In this document: one piece after another, positions 1 to 8,533 of the stretch
Layout: the number at the start of each line of letters is the position of its first letter
Numbering within the stretch: position 1 is the stretch's first letter
Assembly: GCA_948562205.1 (NCBI GenBank)
Contig: CAOYAN010000009.1
Coordinates: 187 to 64,186 of the forward strand
Origin: an uncultured Clostridia bacterium
GTDB taxonomy: Bacteria; Bacillota; Clostridia; TANB77; CAG-465
DNA: 64,000 nt
Reading direction: 5' to 3'
Notes under the pieces: model-generated
The model's input: the letters and a program-made list of their open reading frames with translations, nothing else
The model's database searches: none
Told to the model about the DNA's origin: nothing
Program-made: the position numbers and the translations under genes

Positions 1-5
1 CATTA

Positions 6-233
6 GTGAATAATGGGAAAGAATGTAGAGATGAATACCCAAAGGGAATGTATCTTTTAGATGAGCTAAAAAAAGTTTATACATATGATAATAGTATATA
101 TTTTTTTAATATGGAGAAAATAGATCCATATATTTTTAGAGAATATGTATACAGATATGAAATAATAGGTGGATTTAGTAGGGAAGCTGCATTAAAAAAG
201 GCATTTGAAAAATACAAAAAAGATTTTTTCTAG
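6..233 (+). CDS. hypothetical small protein (75 aa); the frame is open to the window edge, so it may be 5'-partial
   Basis: ORF track; followed by the hairpin at 285-320; no recognisable motif. Confidence 0.35.
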   Translation: MNNGKECRDEYPKGMYLLDELKKVYTYDNSIYFFNMEKIDPYIFREYVYRYEIIGGFSREAALKKAFEKYKKDFF

Positions 234-284
234 ATAGATTAATTTTAAATTACAAGTATATTTAATGAATATATACAAAGAAAA

Positions 285-320
285 ACCGAGAAAATATTGA
301 TATTTCAATTTTTTCTCGGT
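285..320. terminator. bidirectional hairpin between the first ORF and tRNA-Cys
   Basis: ACCGAGAAAA (285-294) pairs with TTTTCTCGGT (311-320); A-run upstream and T-rich downstream. Confidence 0.6.
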
Positions 321-328
321 TATTATTT

Positions 329-402
329 TGGAGGCGACTATCAGATTTGAACTGATGATCAGGCTTTTGCAGAGCCGTGCCTTACCACTTGGCTAAGTCG
401 CC
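329..402 (-). tRNA. tRNA-Cys (anticodon GCA)
   Basis: The reverse complement reads GGCGACT...AGTCGCC-T-CCA. It has the T-arm ATCAG/TTCAAAT/CTGAT, the anticodon loop CT-GCA-AA, and an encoded CCA. Confidence 0.9.
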
Positions 403-504
403 GTTAATATATAATATTCATAAGTGAAAAAAATATTACACTTATAGTACGTATTTAATTATAGCTTAAAAAAAATGTTTTGTCAACCTAAAAAATAAAA
501 TTTA

Positions 505-533
505 TTTACAAAATATGTGTATTATGGTACAAT
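505..533 (+). promoter_or_regulatory. sigma-A-type promoter for the two-component operon
   Basis: TTTACA, 17-nt spacer, TACAAT, with TG at the extended -10 position. Confidence 0.5.
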
Positions 534-607
534 TTTTTATATAAAATTCATAAAACTATCACAAAAGCATGATAAACTAAAAATGTATTATTTAGAGGAG
601 GAATTTT

Positions 608-1282
608 GTGAGAATATTAGTAGTTGATGATGAGGAAAAAATAAGAAATGTAATAAGAGAGTATGCAGAATTTGAAGGATATGAAATTAAAGAGGCAAAT
701 GATGGAATGGAAGCTGTAAATATTTGTAAGATGGAAGATTTTGATATAATTATAATGGATATAATGATGCCAAAATTAGATGGTTTTTCTGCAATAAAAG
801 AAATAAAGAAGATAAATAATATACCAGTAATAATGCTTTCTGCAAGAGGAGAAGAATATGATAAGTTATTTGGCTTTGAAATAGGAATTGACGATTATGT
901 AGTAAAACCTTTTAGTCCAAAAGAACTTATGGCAAGAGTAAATGCTATTATTAAAAGAGGAAAAAAATCAAAAGAAGATGATATAAAAGATGGTAGATAT
1001 GAATTTGATGGTTTAATAATAGATACTTTGGCAAGAAACGTATACGTTGATGGAGAGAAAAAAGAATTAACACCAAAAGAATATGAATTATTACAATATT
1101 TAATTGTAAATAAAAATATTGCTCTGTCACGAGAAAAAATATTAAATGAAGTATGGGGATATGACTTTTATGGTGAAGATAGAACTGTAGATACACATGT
1201 AAAGATGCTTAGAAATAGTATTGGAAAATATAGAGATAAAATAATAACTGTTAGAGGAATGGGGTATAAATTTGAAGAATAA
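608..1282 (+). CDS. OmpR-family response regulator (GTG start)
   Basis: Receiver domain (VVDDE...MDIMMPKLDG) plus winged-helix C-terminus (TPKEYELL...VDTHV...LR.K); RBS GAGGAGG. Confidence 0.9.
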   Translation: MRILVVDDEEKIRNVIREYAEFEGYEIKEANDGMEAVNICKMEDFDIIIMDIMMPKLDGFSAIKEIKKINNIPVIMLSARGEEYDKLFGFEIGIDDYVVKPFSPKELMARVNAIIKRGKKSKEDDIKDGRYEFDGLIIDTLARNVYVDGEKKELTPKEYELLQYLIVNKNIALSREKILNEVWGYDFYGEDRTVDTHVKMLRNSIGKYRDKIITVRGMGYKFEE

Positions 1283-2783
1283 TGGAACAAATACACTTGC
1301 TTTTAAACTTTGGACATACTTTGTAGCATTTGCAATCTCGCTTTTTGTAATACTTTGGTTTATGCAAGTAATATTTTTACAAAGTTATTATAGTTCTATG
1401 AAAAAAGGAGAAGTAATAAAACTTGCAACAGATGTTGAAATAGCGTATAAAACTGGTAATTTTACAGATCTTATAGATAGTATTGCATATAGAAATTCAT
1501 CAAGCATATTTATATTTGATACTAATGGAGATGTTATATATACATCAAATCAAGCAAATATATCAGATACTGAAAAAATATCTACTATACCTGAAAGACA
1601 CATTGCAATAGACACAAGTGGAATTGTAGATAGAATAATTAGTAGTCCAAATCAAAAAATAAGTTATAATTTGAAAGTTGAAAAATTAAAGACTGAGCTT
1701 TTTGTATATGGTAAAAAGATACCAGACTCTGATGCATGTCTTGTAATAATAGCCTCAATTGATCCAATAGATGCAACAATTACAGTAGTACAAAGTCAAT
1801 TAGTATATATTACCATAATAGCTCTAGCTGTTGCATCTATAATTTCAGTTTTTTTATCAAGAAGACTATCAAGACCTATTTCAAAGATGAATGCTACAGC
1901 AAAAATGCTTGCAGTAGGAAATTATGATGTTACTTTTGATAAAGCTGGCTATCAAGAAATGGATGATCTTGCTGATACACTAAATTATACTACTAGTGAG
2001 CTTGCAAGAACTGATAAAGTAAAAAGGGAACTTATTGCAAACGTATCACATGATTTAAGAACTCCACTTACGATGATAAAAGCATATTCAGAAATGATAA
2101 GAGATTTATCAGGAGATAATAAAGAAAAAAGAGAAGAACATTTGAAAGTAATAATTGATGAAACAGATAGATTAACAAGACTTGTAAATGATATGATGGA
2201 TTTATCTAAAATCGAGTCTGGAGTACTTGATGTAGTAAAAGGAGTATTTGATTTTTCTGAAGTTGTTAAAAGTATGACAAATAATTTTAAAGCAATATAT
2301 GAAGAAGAAAACTGTAAAATTATTTTAGAATGTGCAGATGAAATATATGCAAATGCGGATAGAACAAAAATTGAACAAGTATTATATAATTTAATTGGAA
2401 ATGCAATAAATCATAGTGGAAATACAAATAAAGAAATAAAAATAAAGGTTACTACAACATTAAAGAGAATAAAAGTTCAAGTAATAGATAATGGAGAGGG
2501 AATATCAAAAGAAGATTTAACTCATATATGGGATAGATACTATAAAGCTAGTAAATCATTTAAAAGATCTAGTTCAGGAAGTGGATTAGGACTTTCTATA
2601 GTTAAAAATATACTTACAAAACATAAATCAGATTTTGGTGTATATAGTACAATTGGAAAAGGCTCTACATTTTGGTTTGACATCGAAAAAGCATCTAAAA
2701 AAGATATAAAAATAAATGATGTGATTGATGAAAAAGAGGCAAAAAATAAAAATAAGAATAAACAAAAAGAACAGAAAAAATAG
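1272..2783 (+). CDS. membrane sensor histidine kinase
   Basis: Two TM segments, H-box SHDLRTPLT, and N/G boxes (NLIGNAINH, DNGEGI, GSGLGLSIV); overlaps the regulator by 11 nt. Confidence 0.9.
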   Translation: MKNNGTNTLAFKLWTYFVAFAISLFVILWFMQVIFLQSYYSSMKKGEVIKLATDVEIAYKTGNFTDLIDSIAYRNSSSIFIFDTNGDVIYTSNQANISDTEKISTIPERHIAIDTSGIVDRIISSPNQKISYNLKVEKLKTELFVYGKKIPDSDACLVIIASIDPIDATITVVQSQLVYITIIALAVASIISVFLSRRLSRPISKMNATAKMLAVGNYDVTFDKAGYQEMDDLADTLNYTTSELARTDKVKRELIANVSHDLRTPLTMIKAYSEMIRDLSGDNKEKREEHLKVIIDETDRLTRLVNDMMDLSKIESGVLDVVKGVFDFSEVVKSMTNNFKAIYEEENCKIILECADEIYANADRTKIEQVLYNLIGNAINHSGNTNKEIKIKVTTTLKRIKVQVIDNGEGISKEDLTHIWDRYYKASKSFKRSSSGSGLGLSIVKNILTKHKSDFGVYSTIGKGSTFWFDIEKASKKDIKINDVIDEKEAKNKNKNKQKEQKK

Positions 2784-2790
2784 GAAATTT

Positions 2791-2815
2791 GAGTGTAAAA
2801 TTACACTCTTTTTTC
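2791..2815 (+). terminator. intrinsic terminator after the kinase gene
   Basis: GAGTGTAA/TTACACTC hairpin followed by TTTTTTC. Confidence 0.6.
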
Positions 2816-2821
2816 TATGTA

Positions 2822-2855
2822 TTATCATATAAATATCACAATACATTTGTATAAT
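2822..2855 (+). promoter_or_regulatory. copy A of a duplicated 34-nt promoter-like element ending in TATAAT
   Basis: TTATCATATAAATATCACAATACAT + TTG + TATAAT; the 25-nt core matches copy B at 23/25. Confidence 0.4.
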
Positions 2856-2939
2856 TAAAATGTAGAAATAAACTATATATTAATAAAACTAATCTCTAAC
2901 ACTATTAGTATATAGAAACATCATAAGTATTTTACTAAT

Positions 2940-2973
2940 TTATCATATAACTATCACAATATATAGATATAAT
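2940..2973 (+). promoter_or_regulatory. copy B of the duplicated 34-nt promoter-like element ending in TATAAT
   Basis: TTATCATATAACTATCACAATATAT + AGA + TATAAT. Confidence 0.4.
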
Positions 2974-3373
2974 ATAAGCATAGTTAGTGATAACTAACTT
3001 GGAAGGGGTGATATTTAATATATTTTATACAAAAGATAAAAAGCTATATAAAAAAGAAATAAAAAATTTAAATATATAAATTTAATAATTAATTTATTAA
3101 AATATAGTTTAGAATAGTTATCCATAATTTTTAAAATATAAAAGCAATTCCTATACATAAAATAAAATGAACGAATAAAGTAGGGTATAAACTAATCCGA
3201 ATTTATGCTTGTAGAATTAGTTACAAGAATTATTGTATTAACAATAAGTAGTTTAAAATAGGCTTTTTCATATTATAAATAAAACAAAGTGTAAAACTTT
3301 AAAAATAGTTTTGTTTTAAAAAAAGTAGTTTTATTTAAAAAACATAAACTTGATTTTAATAATAATATAAGTT

Positions 3374-3408
3374 AGAGATAAGTTGTACGTTTGACTTATC
3401 TCTTTTTG
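3374..3408 (+). terminator. orphan intrinsic terminator with no ORF upstream
   Basis: AGAGATAAGT (3374-3383) pairs with ACTTATCTCT (3394-3403), followed by TTTTT. Confidence 0.55.
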
Positions 3409-3477
3409 TAACTATTTTAAAAATTTTGAATACTATATATTATTAGCGTAGATCGCTAAGGGGGAGGATAGAGAAGT

Positions 3478-3660
3478 ATGTGTTGTTTTAATAATAATTG
3501 GAATAATAACAACTGTTGTTGCCAAAGACCACAAAGAAAATGCGAATGTGAAAAGAAACAAGAAATTGTTTGTTTTAAATGTTTCGTAAAAGAAGAGCCT
3601 AAAAAAGAAGAAAACAAATGTTGTTGTTGCTGTAACCAAAATCATAGAGAAGAATACTAA
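3478..3660 (+). CDS. cysteine-rich microprotein (60 aa, 17 Cys, CCC and CCCCC runs)
   Basis: Strong RBS GGGGGAGG 8 nt upstream of the ATG; own terminator downstream; no TM segment. Confidence 0.55.
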   Translation: MCCFNNNWNNNNCCCQRPQRKCECEKKQEIVCFKCFVKEEPKKEENKCCCCCNQNHREEY

Positions 3661-3667
3661 AATAAAA

Positions 3668-3694
3668 AGAAAAGCTAAGGCTTTTAGCTTTTCT
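3668..3694. terminator. bidirectional terminator between the Cys-rich ORF and the SDR gene
   Basis: AGAAAAGCTAA pairs with TTAGCTTTTCT; flanked by A and T runs. Confidence 0.6.
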
Positions 3695-3700
3695 TACATA

Positions 3701-4498
3701 TCACATACCAAATATCCTACCAAGCTGTGTTAGACATGACTGTATAAAAGGAGCAGAATATCTCTTTTTAAGTCTTTTTGTCTCCACAGCTTTTATGTAT
3801 TTTTTTACAATACTTCTATAGTTTTTACTTTCAATAAAATTCCATTTTTTTTCTTCTTTTAGTTTCATATCACTAAGTTTATATTTAAAATATGACACTT
3901 TACTCATCCAAGTATATTTTTTTTCGTTATTTTCTTTATTAAATCCTGTTGCATATGCACCAGGCTCTATTAAGCATACATCAATATTACATCCATCTAA
4001 TTTTTTAAGCTCACCTCTTAGGGACATAGAAAATGCTTCTATTGCAAATTTAGACGCTGTATATGGAGAAAGAAAAGGTATTGTAATTCTTCCAGCCAGG
4101 GATGATAAAAATATTATTCTACCATGTTTATTTTTTATCATAGTTTTAATAGCTTCTTGAGTTATTAAAATATTTGAAAATACATTTGTTTCAAATACGT
4201 TTTTAAATCTATCAATATTTATTTCAGCTACAGATCCAGAATCTCCAATTGCAGCATTATTTATTAATACATCAAAATCTAAATCATTTAATTTCTCTCT
4301 ATCTTCTTTTAGTAATATGTCAAGTTTAAATGATTTTAGTGGGAGTGAGTATTCTGCAGCATAATTATTTAATTCATCTGCCTCAGATTTATAATGAGTT
4401 GTTGCATATACTAAATGACCACGTTTTGCAAGAGCTATTGCGGCCATTTTGCCAAGTCCACTGCCACTGCCAGTTATAACTATAGTTTTTGTTTTCAT
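3701..4498 (-). CDS. short-chain dehydrogenase/reductase (SDR) family oxidoreductase
   Basis: TGSGSGLGK Rossmann motif, NNAA, YTASK catalytic motif; I moved the start to the ATG 5 nt after AAGGTGA. Confidence 0.85.
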   Translation of the reverse strand: MKTKTIVITGSGSGLGKMAAIALAKRGHLVYATTHYKSEADELNNYAAEYSLPLKSFKLDILLKEDREKLNDLDFDVLINNAAIGDSGSVAEINIDRFKNVFETNVFSNILITQEAIKTMIKNKHGRIIFLSSLAGRITIPFLSPYTASKFAIEAFSMSLRGELKKLDGCNIDVCLIEPGAYATGFNKENNEKKYTWMSKVSYFKYKLSDMKLKEEKKWNFIESKNYRSIVKKYIKAVETKRLKKRYSAPFIQSCLTQLGRIFGM

Positions 4499-4640
4499 AA
4501 ATTTCACCTTATATATTATTATGTTTTAATATATGTAATTTATTCAAATATTATTTGATAAAATATAAATTGTAATTAATATTGATTAGTTTTTAAAATT
4601 ATGTTAAATTATTTATATAATATTTAAGGAGAAATTCATT

Positions 4641-5126
4641 ATGAATAATATTAAAATAGAGCGACCAGGAATGAGAAATATAAAAACTGTAGTATCAGTA
4701 CTTATTTGTTTAATAATATGTGGGATGTTTAATAGAAATCCATTACTTTCAGCAGTTGCTGCAATACTTACAATAGAAAATAGTTTGGATAAAACAATAG
4801 ATACTGGAATAAATAGGATATTTGCTACAATATTTGGTGGGATTATAGGAACAATAGTAATGTGTTTTCTATATGTTATAAATAATGAGTATTCTGTTAT
4901 GATATTTATCCCATTTGGAATATTCATAATAATATATATTTGTAGTAAAATAATTAAAAGGTCAGAATTTATAACTATTGCATGTGTAGCATTTTTATCT
5001 GTAAACTTTGAAAATAGTAGTGAAAATTTAGATATAATGTATGCTGTTACTAGAACATGTGATACTTTAATTGGTGTAATTGTTGGAATGTTTGTAAATT
5101 TATATAATCCTAAGAGAAGAAAATAA
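4641..5126 (+). CDS. small integral membrane protein, FUSC/aromatic-acid-exporter-like
   Basis: RBS AAGGAG; N-terminal MRNIKT motif, 4 TM segments, C-terminal RTxDTLIG; terminator downstream. Confidence 0.55.
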   Translation: MNNIKIERPGMRNIKTVVSVLICLIICGMFNRNPLLSAVAAILTIENSLDKTIDTGINRIFATIFGGIIGTIVMCFLYVINNEYSVMIFIPFGIFIIIYICSKIIKRSEFITIACVAFLSVNFENSSENLDIMYAVTRTCDTLIGVIVGMFVNLYNPKRRK

Positions 5127-5190
5127 TATGAAAAATTTTTATAATGATATAATGTAACTATAACGTTGTTAATTAGTTCTGACAATGTAC

Positions 5191-5223
5191 GAGAAGATAG
5201 CTGTAACTATCTTCTCATTTTTT
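5191..5223 (+). terminator. intrinsic terminator
   Basis: GAGAAGATAG pairs with CTATCTTCTC, then ATTTTTT. Confidence 0.65.
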
Positions 5224-5372
5224 GTTATATAATATTTTAATTTTAAATCAGGTTACTTAAAATTCTATTTATTTTTATTTAAAATATATATATAAGTATA
5301 GATGATATAGGTTTTGTTGCAAGACCAGAAGATAGGGAAATTAGGGGCTCTATTGAAAGGGAGAAAGACTGG

Positions 5373-6263
5373 ATGCAGCTTGTGGGTACAAGTGTATTAC
5401 TTAGAACAGAACTTTTTAAAGATGATGAAGAAAAAAATTTTTGTAGTTATGCAGAACTTATTTTTGAGGAACTTGCAAAACAAGTAGATTTTCATTGTGC
5501 CCATTATGATTTAATTGAATATAAGGGTAAGAAGGGCGTATTATCAAGAGATGTAAGAACTAATGCTAAAGAAGAATTTTATACACTTGCAGATATTATT
5601 GGAAATCCAAATCAGGATCTTGGATCTAGTAGTGTTCCAACAGATTTTGAAGATGTAATACAAAAATTAAAAGAATTACTTAAAAGCGATGAGTTATATA
5701 AAGAGGATGTTTTAGACTTATCTAAAGATTTTGCTAAAATGCTTATACTTGATATATATTGTATGTCAACAGATAGACATATTGAAAATTGCGGAGTTAT
5801 TGTAGAGCCTGGAAATGATGGAAAAAAACATATAAGACTTGCACCTGTATTTGATAATGAATGTTCACTTATGTTAGATATTCCAATTTATGAGTTAGAG
5901 GAATTAAGTAAATCAGATCTAAGACTTAATAGTAGACAAGATGTTCAAGAACCTTTAATTGCACTTTCCGCTGAGAATTCATATGATGATATGAGTAGTT
6001 GGCAAAATATGATTGAGTTTCTATCAGAAAAAGATGAGTTTTTTGATTTTGCTACTCTTTGTAGTGAAAAATTAGATATAGAAAAAGCAATAGAGGAAGT
6101 AGAGAATAGAATTGGTACAAAAATACCATCTCTTGCAAAGGATATAGCAACTAGATCTTTTGATATGAGAAGAGATGCTATAAGAGAAGCTTTATTACTT
6201 GATCTTGATATGGAAATTGAAGAAAAACATGAGGATATAGAAGAGGATGATCCATGTTTGTAA
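5373..6263 (+). CDS. HipA-C-like kinase-fold protein
   Basis: Catalytic-loop-like STDRHIENCG and downstream APVFDNECSL; a paralogue of the degraded copy at 57552-58249. Confidence 0.55.
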   Translation: MQLVGTSVLLRTELFKDDEEKNFCSYAELIFEELAKQVDFHCAHYDLIEYKGKKGVLSRDVRTNAKEEFYTLADIIGNPNQDLGSSSVPTDFEDVIQKLKELLKSDELYKEDVLDLSKDFAKMLILDIYCMSTDRHIENCGVIVEPGNDGKKHIRLAPVFDNECSLMLDIPIYELEELSKSDLRLNSRQDVQEPLIALSAENSYDDMSSWQNMIEFLSEKDEFFDFATLCSEKLDIEKAIEEVENRIGTKIPSLAKDIATRSFDMRRDAIREALLLDLDMEIEEKHEDIEEDDPCL

Positions 6264-6278
6264 TTTATTTTTAAAAAG

Positions 6279-6307
6279 TTGACATAAAATTAGACGTATG
6301 GTATAAT
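6279..6307 (+). promoter_or_regulatory. consensus sigma-A promoter
   Basis: TTGACA, 17 nt, TATAAT, with TGn extended -10. Confidence 0.55.
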
Positions 6308-6353
6308 GTTATACGCAATTTATAAATAAACCTTAAAGATTGGAGGCTTGGAT

Positions 6354-6611
6354 ATGAAAAAATATGATTTATTTTGGAGAGAATTTTTTATTGGTAAACT
6401 GTTAATCAACGATAAAGGTGAGCATATGTTTATCGTTGATGAAGATGAGAAAAAAAAGGCAGTAAATTCAGGAATGCTTGGACTTTTATTGCCTGCAGAA
6501 CAAAAAGAGTGGGGAGATAAAATTGATTTTTTTTGTGAGAGACTAAAAGATGAGTCACTTACTGTAACAAAATTTCATACTGATGAATTTAAACTTAAAA
6601 GAAGGAGTTAG
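6354..6611 (+). CDS. hypothetical protein (about 85 aa)
   Basis: GGAGG 7 nt upstream of the ATG at 6354; terminator-like hairpin after the stop. Confidence 0.5.
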   Translation: MKKYDLFWREFFIGKLLINDKGEHMFIVDEDEKKKAVNSGMLGLLLPAEQKEWGDKIDFFCERLKDESLTVTKFHTDEFKLKRRS

Positions 6612-6706
6612 AATAAATTTCTAAACTTCTTCTTTTTTGTTAAAATATGTCGTTTTTGAGTAGTTCCAAAATATGGTAAAATATAGTATTAGAGCCCTAA
6701 ATTTAC

Positions 6707-6735
6707 TTGACATATATATTAAATTAAAGTATAAT
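6707..6735 (+). promoter_or_regulatory. consensus sigma-A promoter for the gat operon
   Basis: TTGACA, 17 nt, TATAAT. Confidence 0.5.
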
Positions 6736-6761
6736 TATGGGTATAAAAAGGGGGACTTTAA

Positions 6762-7049
6762 ATGAGCGTATCTAAAGAGGATGTAAAACACATAGCAAAA
6801 TTATCAAAATTATATTTAACAGAGAAAGAACTTGAAAAATATACAAAGGATTTATCAAATATTGTTACTTTTGCAAATGAGTTATCTAGTATAGATGTTG
6901 AAGGGGTAAGACCAACAGCACATATACTAGATATAAAAAATGTATTTAGAGAGGATATAAGAGAAGCTTCATATGATAGAGAACAAATACTAAAGAATGC
7001 ACCAACTAAAGAGGCTGGCTGTATTAGTGTACCAAAAGTAATGGAATAG
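6762..7049 (+). CDS. gatC: Asp/Glu-tRNA amidotransferase subunit C
   Basis: 95 aa; V.HIAKLSKL...E motif; directly upstream of gatA. Confidence 0.9.
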   Translation: MSVSKEDVKHIAKLSKLYLTEKELEKYTKDLSNIVTFANELSSIDVEGVRPTAHILDIKNVFREDIREASYDREQILKNAPTKEAGCISVPKVME

Positions 7050-7058
7050 GAGGATAAA

Positions 7059-8519
7059 ATGGAATTATATAATTTAACTTTAACAGAAATTGCAAAAAAA
7101 ATAAAAGATAGAGAAGTAAGTATAAAAGATGTATTAGACAGTACATTTAAAAGAATAGATGAAGTAGAAGGAAAAGTAGATGCTTTTATCACTATAACAA
7201 GAGAAGAGGCATATAAAGAAGCTGAAAAGTTACAACAAAGACTTGACAGTGGAGAAGATATAGGAGTACTTGGAGGTGTTCCTATAGCTATAAAAGATAA
7301 TATTTGTACAAATGGAATAAAAACTACTTGTGCATCAAAAATGCTAGAAAATTTTGTACCAATATATGATGCTACTGTTATAACTAAACTAAAAGAGGCA
7401 GGAGCAATTATTATTGGAAAAACAAATATGGACGAGTTTGCAATGGGATCTTCTACAGAGTCTTCATATATAAAGAAAACAAAAAATCCGTGGAATTTAG
7501 AAAAAGTTCCTGGTGGATCTAGCGGTGGAAGTGCAGTTACTGTATCTGGTGAAATGGCATTTGCAGCCCTAGGATCTGATACTGGTGGTTCTATTAGACA
7601 ACCTGCATCATATTGTTCAGTTGTAGGATTAAAACCAACTTATGGTTTGGTATCAAGATTTGGCTTAATTGCATATGCATCATCACTTGATCAAATAGGT
7701 CCATTTACTAAAAACGTTGAGGATGCTGCACTTATGTTAAATGTTATATCAGGTTATGATAAGCATGATACAACATCTGCAAACATAGAAAAAAAAGATT
7801 ATACAAAATTTTTAGTAAATGATATATCTAATATGAAAATTGGAGTTCCACATGAATTTGTTAAAGATGGTGTAAATGAAGATGTTAAAGCATCTTATAA
7901 CAATGCTATAAAAACATTAGAAAATGCAGGTGCAAAAATTGTAGATATAGATTTAGAATATGCTAAGTATTCTCTTGCTACATATTATATAATTGCAACA
8001 GCTGAGGCTTCATCAAATCTTGGAAGATATGATGGAATTAGATACGGTTTTAGAGCAGAGGAATTTAATGATTTAGAAGATTTATATAACAAATCAAGAA
8101 CAGAAGGTTTCGGAGAAGAAGTAAAGAAAAGAATAATGCTTGGTACTTATGTTCTATCATCAGGATATTATGATGCATATTACAAAAGAGCTCAACAAGT
8201 TAGAACTTTAATTATAGAAAACTTTAAAAAAGCATTTGAAAAATGTGATGCCATAATTATTCCAACAGCTCCAAACACTGCATTTAAGTTTGGAGAAAAA
8301 ACAGAAAATCCACTTGAAATGTACTTAGAAGATATATATACTGTTCCTGTAAATATAGCAGGACTTCCAGGAATATCAGTACCAGGTGGTTTTGATAGGG
8401 ATAATATGCCTATAGGTATACAATTTATATCAAATTCATTTGAAGAGGAAAAACTAATAAAAATTGCTTATACTTTTGAGAAGAATACAAATTTTAACGT
8501 GGAAAAACCAAATATATAG
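7059..8519 (+). CDS. gatA: Asp/Glu-tRNA amidotransferase subunit A
   Basis: Amidase signature GGSSGGSA...[12 protein letters not shown]. Confidence 0.95.
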   Translation: MELYNLTLTEIAKKIKDREVSIKDVLDSTFKRIDEVEGKVDAFITITREEAYKEAEKLQQRLDSGEDIGVLGGVPIAIKDNICTNGIKTTCASKMLENFVPIYDATVITKLKEAGAIIIGKTNMDEFAMGSSTESSYIKKTKNPWNLEKVPGGSSGGSAVTVSGEMAFAALGSDTGGSIRQPASYCSVVGLKPTYGLVSRFGLIAYASSLDQIGPFTKNVEDAALMLNVISGYDKHDTTSANIEKKDYTKFLVNDISNMKIGVPHEFVKDGVNEDVKASYNNAIKTLENAGAKIVDIDLEYAKYSLATYYIIATAEASSNLGRYDGIRYGFRAEEFNDLEDLYNKSRTEGFGEEVKKRIMLGTYVLSSGYYDAYYKRAQQVRTLIIENFKKAFEKCDAIIIPTAPNTAFKFGEKTENPLEMYLEDIYTVPVNIAGLPGISVPGGFDRDNMPIGIQFISNSFEEEKLIKIAYTFEKNTNFNVEKPNI

Positions 8520-8533
8520 AAAGGATGAGGTAA

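Noticed and set aside
3008-3079. 23-codon GTG-initiated ORF after the SD-like GGAAGGGG
   Set aside because: The GTG lies only 1 nt from the SD core, the product is Lys-rich low-complexity sequence, and no ATG alternative exists.
3433-3645. 70-aa minus-strand ORF antisense to the Cys-rich micro-ORF
   Set aside because: It has no RBS. Its composition is the complement of the Cys/Asn codons. The plus-strand ORF has a GGGGGAGG SD and a terminator.
4613-5185. 190-aa minus-strand ORF fully overlapping the 161-aa plus-strand ORF
   Set aside because: The plus-strand ORF has an AAGGAG RBS, a downstream terminator, and FUSC/exporter-like motifs. The minus ORF is a low-complexity Ile/Leu/Asn mirror-frame artefact with no RBS.
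6612-6761. T-box leader for the gatC-gatA-proS-gatB operon
   Set aside because: Only about 150 nt are available, most of it taken up by a terminator and a promoter. No specifier or T-box sequence is visible.
6758-7192. 144-aa minus-strand ORF over gatC and the gatA start
   Set aside because: It is antisense to two confidently identified genes. This is a typical shadow ORF in AT-rich DNA.
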